A stretch of 63,663 bases of DNA from NCBI RefSeq assembly GCF_001194135.2, contig NC_068987.1:99839971-99903633 (forward strand). The letters run 5' to 3'. The stretch comes from Octopus bimaculoides. Lineage: Eukaryota. The notes under the pieces are model-generated. The model was not told the DNA's origin, ran no database searches, and worked only from the letters and a program-made list of their open reading frames with translations. Of the stretch, positions 1 through 12,894 are shown piece by piece. How positions within the stretch are numbered: position 1 is the stretch's first letter; each line of letters opens with the position of its first letter. Position numbers and translations under genes: made by a program.

Positions 1-237
1 GGGTATCTGCCTGTTTTGAGGAAAACGAATTTGTTCTTTATACAGCATTACTCTGCGCCTCAAAGAAAGTCTCATTTGGCCCACATGATTGTGGCCACAG
101 TCTGAGCACTTTAGGATATTAATCAGGTTCTGAGAGGCACATGTGAAGTCGGTTTTAATTAGAAATATTTCTCCTTGCTGTAGTGTAAATTTCGAGCCTT
201 CAGTTAGGTTTGGACCTGTGCCACAATTAGGTCGTTT
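1..237 (-). mobile_element. Penelope-like element, GIY-YIG endonuclease fragment (runs off the window edge)
   Basis: Manual minus-strand translation is stop-free to base 1: KRPNCGTGPNLTEGSKFTLQQGEIFLIKTDFTCASQNLINILKCSDCGHNHVGQMRLSLRRRVMLYKEQIRFPQNRQIP. It shows the PLE pattern CxxC...FTCxSxNxIYxxxCxxC...YVGQT...LRxR, with the Tyr residues decayed. Confidence 0.8.
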
Positions 238-945
238 TCTTGTTTTGAAAATGCCAAGGATACATCCGACAACATTGTAATATGCACATGGAACGATGCA
301 TTATTACTCATGTCGGGGCTCAGGTCACGCACTGATTTTGATTCAGGGATTGCAATGCCTTCTGTGCCAGTGTATCCTCTCTACTTTTCATTAACGATCG
401 TGTGGTGGTAGCGCAGGGGTTGGAATTCTCCAGTATTAAACGGCATGTTATTTTCTTCAGTCCGCCTCTATATTGTGTCCCACTCGTGTTCCAGATCCGC
501 AACGTCGCGCGAGCTTTGTATCTGGTGAGCGACTTTTGTATGATCGGCATAACAAGCAGGGGTGGCTATCCGAGCAAGTGAGCGCATGTCTGAGAGGGCA
601 ACTTTGAATAGCAGTGACCCAAAAACATTGCCCTGTGGAACACTACTCATTATTGGTGCTTCCTTGGATGTGGCATCGTTGGCCACGTCTACATGACTTT
701 TATCTTTTAGAAAGTCATGTAGCTATTCTCCAAGTTTTCCAACTATGACACGATTACGCAGCTTGTGACACATCATACCATAGTCGAATTTATCAAATGA
801 TTTTGCAATGTCGAGATTATATCACGTACACATTTATGGTGTTCAGAAGTAGTGCTGCAAGTGCTCTATAAGCTAACTTCAAACTGATCAGCAAGTCATT
901 CTCTTCAAAAAGTGCAATAACTCTCTTTCCTGTGGCAAAAGTATC
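238..945 (-). mobile_element. Decayed CR1-type LINE reverse transcriptase
   Basis: Minus-strand translation with stops and frameshifts: LDIAKSFDKFDYG (cf. LDFxKAFD), SSVPQGNVFGSLLF (GVPQGSVLGPLLF), CYADHTKV (YADDTK), NNMPFNTGEF, SVRDL, GCILGIFKTR. Confidence 0.85.
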
Positions 946-1115
946 TGGGGCGTGAGATCGTCACGGATGGACATTGCTAATCCATCGTGTCTCTTGTCTT
1001 TTCTGGCGCCTCGTAATACAACATAATTTGGTATGTGCTTTTCTGCATCTACGACGTCGTGTTTCATGTGTATTTCGGTGAGTGGTATGAATAAGGCTTT
1101 GATTGCACGCCACAA
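946..1115 (-). mobile_element. APE-endonuclease fragment of the same CR1-type LINE
   Basis: ORF 888..1115 has LTEIH...HIPNYVVLRGARKDKRHDGLAMSIRDDL. This resembles the APE N-terminal pattern (TETxL...IPNY.xxRxDR...GGVAxYIR). It is joined directly to the RT segment. Confidence 0.6.
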
Positions 1116-1782
1116 TGTCTCTTAGGAATAATTTTTCGTTCTATCACAGTTCTCTAGTGTTTATAAAGTATATTTGTGCGACATTTGTATATAAACATAT
1201 ATTATGTTATGTTACTTTGCCTTGCATTTATGCATACATTCATGAGGACACGCATACACAGACACATACACAAATAGACACACACATATGTACGCACACA
1301 CACATATGTACACACACATATCTACGTCCATGTATATATGTATATCGATACTGACACATACACACACACACATATATCTTATAAATGAATTACTGTTTAT
1401 CGGTAGTTGTAGGGAATCTTTGCATACGTTTTTCTATACATACGAGCGTGTCTCGATGTGTATGCTAATTTGTATGTTTGCTGGAATCATATACAAGATA
1501 CAATTTATTCTTTTCCTCGGAGCAGTAGTAGAATAATTGCTTGATAAAAGATGTCCTTTTTTTTCCTAAGATTCATCTGTACATATAAATAATTTTGTTA
1601 GGCACATTTGCACTGATTGTCTTCGTTGTTTCAGTTCTTGAAACTAATATATCAATGAATAATATGTCCTATTTTATGCTGTAGTAGTTTCCCAACTTAC
1701 AGATTTCCTTCCATACACCCATTTATACCTCCTCCAATTCATACTCTGTAACAACTGAAGAATTGATATTTTCCACACAATG

Positions 1783-1805
1783 TTCTCTCTCTCTCAATCT
1801 TTCTC

Positions 1806-1851
<46 letters not shown>

Positions 1852-1861
1852 NNNNNNNNNN

Positions 1862-1894
<33 letters not shown>

Positions 1895-1899
1895 ACCCT

Positions 1900-1931
<32 letters not shown>

Positions 1932-1935
1932 CTCT
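1783..1935. repeat. (TC)n/(TATC)n microsatellite spanning a 10-N gap
   Basis: Directly visible. Confidence 0.95.
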
Positions 1936-3942
1936 GTGTCAGTCACACACAGATACATACACGCACAGCATGTTTGCATAGAAATATACTCACACGGAAA
2001 TAGACAGTGAAAGTCGATGAATATTGATATATATTGGTATATGTGTAAGGTAATAATATATACGCACCCCCCCCCACACACACACAGAAGTGTGTGTTTG
2101 TATGTATTAATGAATGTGTATGCATTTGAAGCTTCAGGTTTGTATCCTATGCACACACAATAATATATAGCTAAACGCAAAAATACAAACACATGTATGC
2201 ATGCCTGCATATAACTCACACAAAGATATACGTGTATACATATTTATTTATAATTGACCTGACATATACTAAATTTCATGCATACAAACGTAGTTTAGTT
2301 CATGAATATTGGCCATACGTATATATGAATTTCTTCATGAAAAGGCCTACTAAGCCATCAACTATCTCCCTAAAGGGTAAAATGTTAAACGCACTTTACA
2401 TATATGGTCTATAAAGTACATCTTGTTATCTGTTATATGATTCGACCTAAATTAAGCACATATTTATTATCCCGTTCATTGTATACACTGTTCGTTAAGG
2501 ATTTCTGGAGTCCAATATGTATACCGTGTGTTACATTACTGTTGAGAACGCCTCTTTCACAAGCTTTAATATACTTCTAACGTTTTTTTGTAGTACCTTT
2601 CATTTAAGATAAACAATGATAGTCGTCATGTTGACTCATAAATAGAAGGGGCACGCTGTATTCGTTGCCTTAAAAGCGCAGGATAATGATAGAGAGATAG
2701 TTCGCCTTCTGAAAGTAGCCCGACCCTCTCATGTCCGTAATGTCCAAAATTGATAAAGAGAATCTGATACGGACGTTTCAAGGCTTCTGACTCCTTATTG
2801 AACCAGACAACGATGCTGCAAGTGGATTCTTTAGATATGACAAAATTATTCACAAGGTAATGTGTAACAATCTGTTTTCAAATACTGCAATTCTTTGACA
2901 GGGTATGCGTCTTTCCCTAAATTCATACAAATGATCTCAAAAACTGATGTATCCTGTATTTTCTTGAGGACTGATCCTGCTGGGCGTTTATGAAAGGCGT
3001 TAAAATGTAAGAACGTGTAGGGTCTATCATGGTCTGCTTCAATGCGTGAGTTTGAGGTATTATAATTCACAAAGGAGATAAATAAGTCATTGTCACAGAA
3101 GTACCAATGGTCAGGCTACTGCTATTTTGACCAAGGTAATCCTTAATAGTTAATAAATAATTTACGGCAATCGAAACTACAAAGTGTATATTTGAATAAC
3201 GAATAGTTTAAATCCTTAGTGTTATTTGCTGGTGAATTTGGTTGGTAGATATGGCAAGGCAAAGGAACAACTTGGCGTTATCTGATTGGAACAATAGGAT
3301 TTTCTCTTTCAACGAAAGCTACTTTCCATTTAGGTATTTTATTTGTAACTTTTATGTTTTAATGAGTGGTACATGACACACCTAACATTTCAGATGCATT
3401 CCTGATAAACATATTTCCGCAATTTTTTAAAATTATGTTAGTTACACAACTCTTAGATATCATATTAGCAAGCATAGAATTAAGACCGCTTCCCAATGTC
3501 TGATATACAATGAATATACCTTCCACAAAATCGGAGTAATTATTCGAAATATGATAGACTGAAATGGAAATTTGCTACTAGACAGTTTTAGAGATTGTGG
3601 AAGGCTCAATGTTTATATTCAGAAGATTACGTTCCTATTCAACATGCTGTAGTTTCAATATGTTGATGTTTATTAAATCTTTATTTCATATTATTGAGTT
3701 CAGCATGTCAGATATCTGACGGTCATCTACGGTGCAATTACATGAATATTCACTGGATTAGAAATTGAAGCAACGTAAATATCTGAAATATCTCACGCAG
3801 AACATTGCTCATAGGTGGATGCGTGTATACATGTATGTGTTTGTTTGTGCGTGTTCGTGCTTGTTGTTTGTGCTTATTCTGCTTATTTGTTGTGTATGTA
3901 TGTGAGCATAGGCACTTGTGTGTGCGTGCGTTTGTGTGTGTC

Positions 3943-4004
<62 letters not shown>

Positions 4005-4006
4005 CA

Positions 4007-4037
<31 letters not shown>

Positions 4038-4194
4038 TGTTGTTGCAAAATGCACGCAATCGAAAAGAGAACATATTAGTTATGGCAGAGTGTTAATATG
4101 ATAATTGTATAATAAAAGACGTTTAGATTTCAAATATGTCTCTCGTTATACAAATCTCATAAGAGAAGTTTTTACTGATTGTGTTCGTTGATTT

Positions 4195-4440
4195 GGGCAT
4201 GGCAAATCTATAGAGTGTTGCACGCACGATCGTGGGTTCAATTCCGTGATTCGGCGGCGAGTTGTCTTCATGAGCAAAACGCTTCACGTTGCTCCAATCC
4301 TCCTTTCGAGACACAATGTTCGCCTGCTCGCCTAATCAGGGGGATGGCGTAATTTGAAGGCCACAACATTAAAAAAAACATACCGTGACCAACGATGTGT
4401 AACAACATCTCATAGCCTGGTCAGTCACGTGATCACGTAA
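4195..4440 (+). mobile_element. tRNA-derived SINE (family C in this window)
   Basis: Decayed tRNA-like head with B-box GGTTCAATTCC, then a TGAGCAAAACGCTTCA body and a 3' end GTCACGTGATCACG. The head is homologous to 31110-31228. Confidence 0.75.
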
Positions 4441-4505
4441 CTCGATATGTGTATGTATGTCTGTGTGTGTGTGTATCTCTGCGTATGTGTGTATGCGTGC
4501 TCACA

Positions 4506-5690
4506 CGAGGTGCAGTGAATAAAGTGCCGTCTAAATTACGCCAAAATGAAAAAAAATGTTTACAAAACTTACATTAAAATATATTGGAATGTTAAAGACT
4601 AAATTTATTCAATAAAATGGCCATTGGCTTCCACCGCGGCCTCCAGACGACTTCGGAATCTCATGCAACATTTCTGGATGGTCTCGTTGCTTAAGTTGGT
4701 GAATGCTGCCATAATCCTTGCCTTGAGTTCATCTTACTTATTACAAAGGGTTTTGTTGGTCTCTCGCTCAAGTGGGGCCAAACATAATAATCAAGAGGGT
4801 TGCAGTCTGGAGAGTTAGCGGGCCAGATGTTAGGGTGTTGTAGTCGCAGAAATTATCTGACAGCCATGACTGTGTACGCTTGCTTGTCTGGCATGTTCTA
4901 CAGTCTTGTGGTCAGACATAGGCTCTTCCAGTAGACAACAACTTGACCCGGGGCAGCAATACCTCCTCCAGCCACTTGATGTAGTCCACCGTGTTCAGTC
5001 TGTGGGAAGATGAATGGAGGCATAACGTCATTCCAAACTCTATGATGCTGACTGGATGTTAAATTGTTATCACTATCGGTACATGTTTTGGGAACACTGC
5101 AAGTCAACGGTTGTTCTGTGTATTCACCATCTGATCCTGTCATAAAGTTATTCTCGTCTGAGAAGAACCAAAGCGTGTTCGATTGGAGGGAGGCTTGAAT
5201 TTGTTCAAAAGTTTCGTAGGGTGGTCTTTCCTCTTGACCTTGATGACTTAGGATAAAAATTGGCCCTTTCTCATCTTGTATGAGGAATACCCAATATCTA
5301 CATGCATCACCTGCCTGATAAGAAAGTCAGACACTCCCATGTACCTGAAGATGGGCTTGATTGATTTGGTGTGACCGTTCTCAATAATGAGCTGGATCTC
5401 ACCAACAATTTCAGGAGTTCTTTTCTTTTCAGAACGATCGGAATGAGTTGTCCTTCGTAATGACTATTAGGCTTATTCATCTCTTTCCGAATCATCTGCT
5501 CTCTCCTCAGATTGACACACACACACTCTGAAATGTTCGTATTGGAGCTTCCGGCGTGAATGCCAAGCAGTACAGTAGTACAGAGTGAATTGCGTCATGG
5601 TGCTGTTTTTCTCTGAAACGGTGCCTAGATAACCCTACTATACTGATCGACAAGATGAAAACAAACAATACACACACATACAATACTTTG
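4506..5690 (-). mobile_element. Near full-length decayed Tc1/mariner transposon, D37D (maT-like)
   Basis: Reconstructed protein: ...RTPEIVGEIQ...SYKMRKGQFLS...LWFFSDE...QDQMVNTQNNR...VMPPFIFP...QD...NIWPANSPDCNPLDYYVW...RFRSRLEAAVEANG. There are 37 residues between the 2nd and 3rd D after correcting a 1-nt deletion. The terminal sequence at about 4506-4555 matches the end of the copy at 33076-33123. Confidence 0.88.
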
Positions 5691-5772
5691 TAATTATTGA
5701 TGGTTTTCATTTGAAAATCGGGATTCATAGAGTTGATAAAGGTGTTAGCATTAATATTATGGTCACTATACA

Positions 5773-5894
5773 CTTTGCTTTTCATCCTTTTGGGGTCGAT
5801 AAAATAAATACCAATTGTACACTGGGGTTGTTGTTATTGAATCCCTCCTGACGCTAAATTGCTGTCCTCGTTTCAAGATTTGAAATCAATATTA
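5773..5894 (+). mobile_element. 3' half of tRNA-derived SINE (family B)
   Basis: CTTTGCTTTTCATCCTTTTGGGGTCGATAAAATAAATACCA matches the body of the fuller copy at 34366-34585. Confidence 0.7.
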
Positions 5895-6366
5895 TAGTCA
5901 TTATTTTTTTTTTTATATACAACCAATTCACAGAAATATGCAAGATCCTTACAATATCCTTATGTGAACCGAAGATGAGGGATCGAATCCTATGAGCAGC
6001 TGTCGATTTCTTTTTAACGAAAATGGATTTTCAACCTACAATTTACATTATTTACCTCACTGTGTTTGCTTCAAGATTCACTAACCCACAGAATGTAATT
6101 ATAAATACGAAAAAATATTTATAGAAATGTGTATTTGCATTGTTGTTGTAGCTGTTGTGTGTATATATGTGAATGTATATGTCTGTGCTTGTGTATTTGT
6201 GTGTGTGTGTGTGCGTGTGTGTGTGTGTGTGAGTGTCTGCGCGCATGTTTATGCGTGCATTTGTGTGAGCAATTGATACCAAGTTCACCACGACGAGATA
6301 AATTGTTGAGTTTGACTGATATACACAAATCAAAGAGGCCCATCGAATATATAAACATATGTGCAA

Positions 6367-6421
<55 letters not shown>

Positions 6422-7611
6422 CATTTGTTTCTGTGTCTGTCTCTTTTTCTGCCAGGGGTGTTGGATTTACATGCCCCACCTAAGTGGGGCGTGTGAATAC
6501 TGGGACCGATTTAAAAAGAAAAAGAAACAGTTACGTAGTCCCCCCACCATTGATGAAGCAAATAATGGATGAAGCAAATAAAAGGTTATATATATGTACA
6601 CACATGCATGCATACATTCACAGACACAAACGCAGACGCGCACAAAGACACATGTACATGCATATTGTAATTATTTCTGTTATTACTCTATGAATGATAC
6701 ACTTTTAAATTATGCATTCTATGTAGTTCATTGGTTTCTGGGTGTACTGATTTAAGCTATACCACTGAGTAACTAGAGACATGTTATTCCTTCTCTAATC
6801 TTGCACTAAATTATACTCTCTACTAAATGTTGCCGCTGTCAAGGCCACAGTTGTACACTGGAATGTCATTTAAATGATTTAAGCGACACATAAAATTTAA
6901 AACTAAACATATTTCGCCACTGTAATCCACTTACAAATAAATCAAACAAATCCCCCCAAAAAGAAGAATGAGTTCGACAGGGATTAGAAGAGACTGATGG
7001 TCTGTGCCATGCACAGTTGTCCGAAACGTTTGTAGTTCATTATATCCAGTGTTCTTTATGCATTACTGCTCATTTACTGCGACCTAAATAGGGCTCAACG
7101 GAGCAGAGTATTTTTACCCCAGAATTGAAGTATGAGGTGGAACCAATATCTAGAAAATCCGTATAACACCCCACACCACACACACACACGCACACACAAA
7201 CGTACACGCGCACACACAGACATACACACACACAAATATACACACAGGAATAAACATGTTCTCACACCCTTACTTACAGGAAAGAGTTCTCCATGAAAGA
7301 CAGGTTACAACTTCACGCAGACATATCCACAGACAAAATTGCGCGGGCAAACACAAACACACACACGCACACACATACATACACGCACAAACCTTTTCTT
7401 TCATTCTGTCTCTGCCTAAAATACATTCTCATTCATGTTCTTATATAAAATAGAATCTGTAAACTAGGAGATATAATGACTTGTAGCAGACCTAGATCAA
7501 TGGTGGCATAACAATCATGGACTAGTTGATTGATTATTAGCTGAACGATTGATCAAATATTCGATTAGATCATTGAAGGGTAATAACCCTTTTTACGAGT
7601 TGCACAATGCC

Positions 7612-7797
7612 TGAAATTTGGGAGGAGGGGGTTGGTTGATAATATCGACCCCAGGGCTTAAATATTATTTATTTTATCGATCCTGAGATAATGATAGGTT
7701 AAGCCAACTGCGCCGGAATTTGAACTGTGCAAATAAAGACGGACGAAATGACGCTAAGCATTTTAATGGGCGTGCTAACTATTCTGCCAACCTGCCG
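7612..7797 (-). mobile_element. tRNA-derived SINE (family B)
   Basis: The reverse complement has GGCAGAA..GCAC..AAATGCTTAGCG..GTTCAAATTCCGGCG..GGATCGATAAAATAAA..CTGGGGTCGAT, homologous to 34366-34585. Confidence 0.8.
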
Positions 7798-8371
7798 AAT
7801 AGTTGAAAAATACTTATAAAGCAGTTCATGTGTTTATTATTGGCATAATGTACTTCCTGCAATGCTATAGAATCTGTTTCAACACAGTAGCTCACATCAT
7901 GAATTGCAAACGAAATACAAAAATGAATTCTTTTATCCCAAAATAGTCTCTAAAGGAATAAAACTGGTTTCATTTGTACTTAATACACTGTTGTTATTTA
8001 ATATGCTTTAACTCGATATATGAACTATACAAACTTAAACTATAATGAAAACTATTAAAATTAATTGCTTATCTGTAGTAACGTAATACGAAGCGGACTA
8101 CTGTGATCGCAGTGAAAAGTATTTCATTTCCTGCCGTTCAAAACACCGACAATGCTTTCAATGAAAGTAATACTGAAACATTAACAGCTAATTTTTCTAC
8201 ATAAATTAGGTTTAAATGTGTGTGCGCACGTGTGAGTGTGTGCGTATGTGTGTTTATTTCGACGCGTGTGTTTGTATGATGTATGGATATATACGTATGT
8301 ACGTGCGCAGACACTAAAATATATATGAATGGATGTTCATTTCTATCTCTCTCTATCTGTCTGTCTGTCTG

Positions 8372-8418
<47 letters not shown>

Positions 8419-10380
8419 NNNNNNNNNNNNNNNNNNNNNNNNNNNNNNNNNNNNNNNNNNNNNNNNNNNNNNNNNNNNNNNNNNNNNNNNNNNNNNNNNN
8501 NNNNNNNNNNNNNNNNNNNNNNNNNNNNNNNNNNNNNNNNNNNNNNNNNNNNNNNNNNNNNNNNNNNNNNNNNNNNNNNNNNNNNNNNNNNNNNNNNNNN
8601 NNNNNNNNNNNNNNNNNNNNNNNNNNNNNNNNNNNNNNNNNNNNNNNNNNNNNNNNNNNNNNNNNNNNNNNNNNNNNNNNNNNNNNNNNNNNNNNNNNNN
8701 NNNNNNNNNNNNNNNNNNNNNNNNNNNNNNNNNNNNNNNNNNNNNNNNNNTATATATATATACGCATGTGCTTCTGTGTGATTCTCTGTGTGGGCGCACC
8801 CATATCTGTACTTGTTGGGTAATATGAAACGTTATGTATACACATGTATATCTATATATCTGTATATCAGTATAGATTTTAATTAATCTTCCCTACATCC
8901 GCGTAAAAAAAATTGATATTGGAATTGTGGATCGTTTTGTTGTTATTTACTGTATTGTTCAAGTTCCGAAAACCTGGATATGCATTGATATTTCTATGTC
9001 TGTGCTCACATATGTGCGTGCTTGACGGTGTGTTCGTTTGTTTTTATGCACTGGTATATTTATTTATTCTTCCATTTTTTTTGCGAAACCTACGTTTAAC
9101 AGAAAAAAAAAAAGAAAAAAGATCCTATTTAGATAAATGCAACGTCTAATTTTATTGAATATGAGCTTATTTAAATGAATTACCTATGTATTATTATGAA
9201 GTATTTACAGTTTAGCAATATTTATCGTGATGAAACAGTTATTGAAATAATAAAATTACAAAGGGTATGTGAAACGTATATATTTACCTTAGATATGTAT
9301 GTTTATTCTATATAATTTTCTCTATATCCAGAGCATGTATTGGCAGAGACAAGGCGTATAAATGTGCTGGTGAATATATATTTTTACTGTGTTGGAGTGT
9401 CATTTTTCGAATCAAATCTCTTATCCAACAATCAGTGTAGAACGTAACACATTTGTTTCTGTATATATATATATATATATATATATNNNNNNNNNNNNNN
9501 NNNNNNNNNNNNNNNNNNNNNNNNNNNNNNNNNNNNNNNNNNNNNNNNNNNNNNNNNNNNNNNNNNNNNNNNNNNNNNNNNNNNNNNNNNNNNNNNNNNN
9601 NNNNNNNNNNNNNNNNNNNNNNNNNNNNNNNNNNNNNNNNNNNNNNNNNNNNNNNNNNNNNNNNNNNNNNNNNNNNNNNNNNNNNNNNNNNNNNNNNNNN
9701 NNNNNNNNNNNNNNNNNNNNNNNNATACCTTCACCGTGATCCAAGTTAGCATGTTCTGGAGTTTGCCAATACTTACCTGCATTTCCGACTGCAACGTTTT
9801 GATCAACTACATCTGCCACAATTACAAAGTAACATCCCTCAGAAACACCTGTCCGCCTTGTAAAGGCCTTGTCCCCTCTCATTCTTTGAGTGTATGTAGT
9901 ATGATTAAGTATGCTGTTACAATATATATATATATATATATATATACAAACACACATACACACGTACTTGATTGCTTATCAGCTGAACATTTTGAGTCTG
10001 TGTACTCTTTAGATATGTTTGCATGCTCATGCATTTTGTACATAAAACTCAATTTTATCTGCATATTTGAATCAACCACTCTTCTCTCTATCCCCCTCTC
10101 TCCCCCTCTCTCCTTGTATCTCTCTTTCTCTCTCCTGATCTATCGATATCTTTCTATCTCACTATATGTATATATATATTAGTACTACTGGTAAGACAAT
10201 TGTGAATCACAGTAATATGCCTTAATTTAACGGTAATTTTCATAGCATATTTTAATTGTCTCGATAACTGACGAGAGCCGGAGCAGGCTTCCGCCTAGAC
10301 ACCCGCAGCCCTGTGTCTTATTATGGCGACACAATAATTGTCACACACACACACACACACACACACACACNNNNNNNNNN

Positions 10381-10447
<67 letters not shown>

Positions 10448-11544
10448 AACCTCCCATATGAAGCTACACAAAGTTAAGGAATAAGCGAAACACCTTAGAT
10501 ATATAGAAGTATTGAATGGTGCAGTATATGAGAGACGTGTAGAAAAAGGGTTCATAATAAACGCCAGTTATTGTTATAATTCATGTTTTATAATTCCTGC
10601 TATATGAAAGCTATCTCGTTACACACTAAATTTGCAGTACCATTCGCTTGTCAGCGTTTGAACACGCGTGACGTTCTAGGCCTTCTTATATTCGTTTTAA
10701 TATTCATATTGAACCATATGATTATTTGACATGAAGATTAATTTCAGTTTGTATCCCAACGTACGTTTGTCTGATTCTGAGTGTAGATCGATGGAATTTG
10801 AATTTGTTGTTTTTCATCCTTACAATAATTATTAGAGTATTACAGCAATTATTAGAGTAAGAGTATAAACTGTTGATATTTTGTTTATATATTCGTCTAA
10901 AACAATGCACTGAGGGTAAATTATATGAAGGTAAACTTGGAAAATAATTGTAAAATTACATAAACTAGTATTCAGTTAAAAAATATACATAAGAGATCAA
11001 AGAAAATCACATGGTGTATAGAACCTTAATACCACCATACGGTGTGATGTTAACGGAATATTCCGATAGCATACCGGAGGTGCACCTGTATATGGTCCAG
11101 TCATCGTCCTCAGCATATGAATTAATGTAAAAGGTTTGCAAACGGATATGTCGTTACTTAGATATACACAAACACAAACAAAACGAATAAACACAAGCCT
11201 GTAAGATGATAGTGTGATACAATAAAATATGTATGTCTACTTATTTCTCCCTCCTCCTCTCTCTCTCCCTCTCTCTCTCTCCCTCTACCTCTCTCCCTCT
11301 CTCTCTCCCTCTCTCTCCCTCTCTCTCCCTCCCTCTCTATCACTTTGTATCTATCTATCTATATACCAATCTATCTATCTATATACCAATATATCTATCT
11401 ATCTACCCATATGTCTGCCTGTTTGTCTGTCCGTCCCTCTGTCCTCACGTGTGAGGGCGCATGCGCGTATGCGTGTGAGTGCACACGCGCGCATGCTTGT
11501 GTGTGCGTAGGTGAACCATGCAATAAGTATAAGATAATGAAGCG

Positions 11545-11556
11545 AATAATAATAAC

Positions 11557-11623
<67 letters not shown>
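11545..11623. repeat. (AAT)n microsatellite
   Basis: Directly visible. Confidence 0.95.
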
Positions 11624-11626
11624 TAT

Positions 11627-11999
11627 TACATGGAAAAATGCGAGCGTGAAAATACTAATATTTTTAAGATTATAAACCAGGAAAAGTACAGGACAATTTA
11701 TCACACCTGTAAAAGTATAGGACAAACTATTACTTCTAGAAAAGATAAGGAAAAGAGACTTTTTACGTAAAGAACGCCAGTTCTTCTAACTTATCACTCT
11801 TACAGTTCTCATCTTTTAAATTTATTGTACAAAGCGTTTCTGGTAATTTGTAAGCTTGTATAATTAGTCTCTTTTTTTCTGTATTTAAGGTAATAAATTA
11901 GTTTGTCCTATACTTTTACAGGTATAATAACTTATCCTGTACTTTTCCAGGTTTATAATCTGAACAATATTATTTTTCATGCGCATATTTTTCCATGTA
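11627..11999. mobile_element. MITE with about 130-bp terminal inverted repeats, TA-flanked
   Basis: Left arm TACATGGAAAAA...GATTATAAACCAGGAAAAGTACAGGA...CCTGTAAAAGTATAGGACAAACTA. The right arm is its reverse complement and ends TTTTTCCATGTA. No coding capacity. Confidence 0.8.
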
Positions 12000-12894
12000 A
12001 ACTATGATTTTTCCAGGCACTTATGTTATAAGATAATTAATAACGTGTCAATTAATAATATTAGATTTTACCTTATAAAATACTGAAAGATAATATTTCA
12101 ATTTTTCCATGTAAGTGATGATAATATTTGTTCATGTTTCATTTAAATATAAGCTGTGATTGAATTATTTGATATTACCCATCCAGACCAAATTAATGGC
12201 AGGGATTCTTACTATATTGTCGGTTGCGCCATGGTTAACCAAAAGTTACAAACCACAAGACCCCAGAACCATCATTTACCAGGCTCGTCTTAAGTACCCT
12301 AATTTTGCAATAAAAAATGACTATTATTCTATCTTCAATTTTATGTAAATATTTGATTTTTCATAAATTAAAAACACTTTTATAACCGCCCCCCCCCCGC
12401 AAAAGACATTTTTAATTTCCAAATTTAAGAAAATGCTCTTCTTAAGTTTTTTTCATTTATGCATTTTCTTCGTAAATAATCAATAATCCATCATACNNNN
12501 NNNNNNNNNNNNNNNNNNNNNNNNNNNNNNNNNNNNNNNNNNNNNNNNNNNNNNNNNNNNNNNNNNNNNNNNNNNNNNNNNNNNNNNNNNNNNNNNNNNN
12601 NNNNNNNNNNNNNNNNNNNNNNNNNNNNNNNNNNNNNNNNNNNNNNNNNNNNNNNNNNNNNNNNNNNNNNNNNNNNNNNNNNNNNNNNNNNNNNNNNNNN
12701 NNNNNNNNNNNNNNNNNNNNNNNNNNATATATATATATATATAAATGCGACCATGAAAATTAATTTTTTTAACATTATAAACCTAGAAAAGTAGTAATCG
12801 CGCTGGTGTTAATATAGAAATGTACCGTAATGTTATAACGATTGCTTGCCAACATAACATGCCAGTCCCGTTCAAAGGAATTCCATGTTATGTT

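Noticed and set aside
689-722. Perfect 12-bp stem (CTACATGACTTT/AAAGTCATGTAG)
   Set aside because: It lies inside the decayed CR1 RT coding region, and there is no evidence of separate function.
6470-6503. GC-rich hairpin followed by CTGG, as a Helitron 3' end
   Set aside because: It is not followed by T, and no Helitron 5' end or coding trace is seen.
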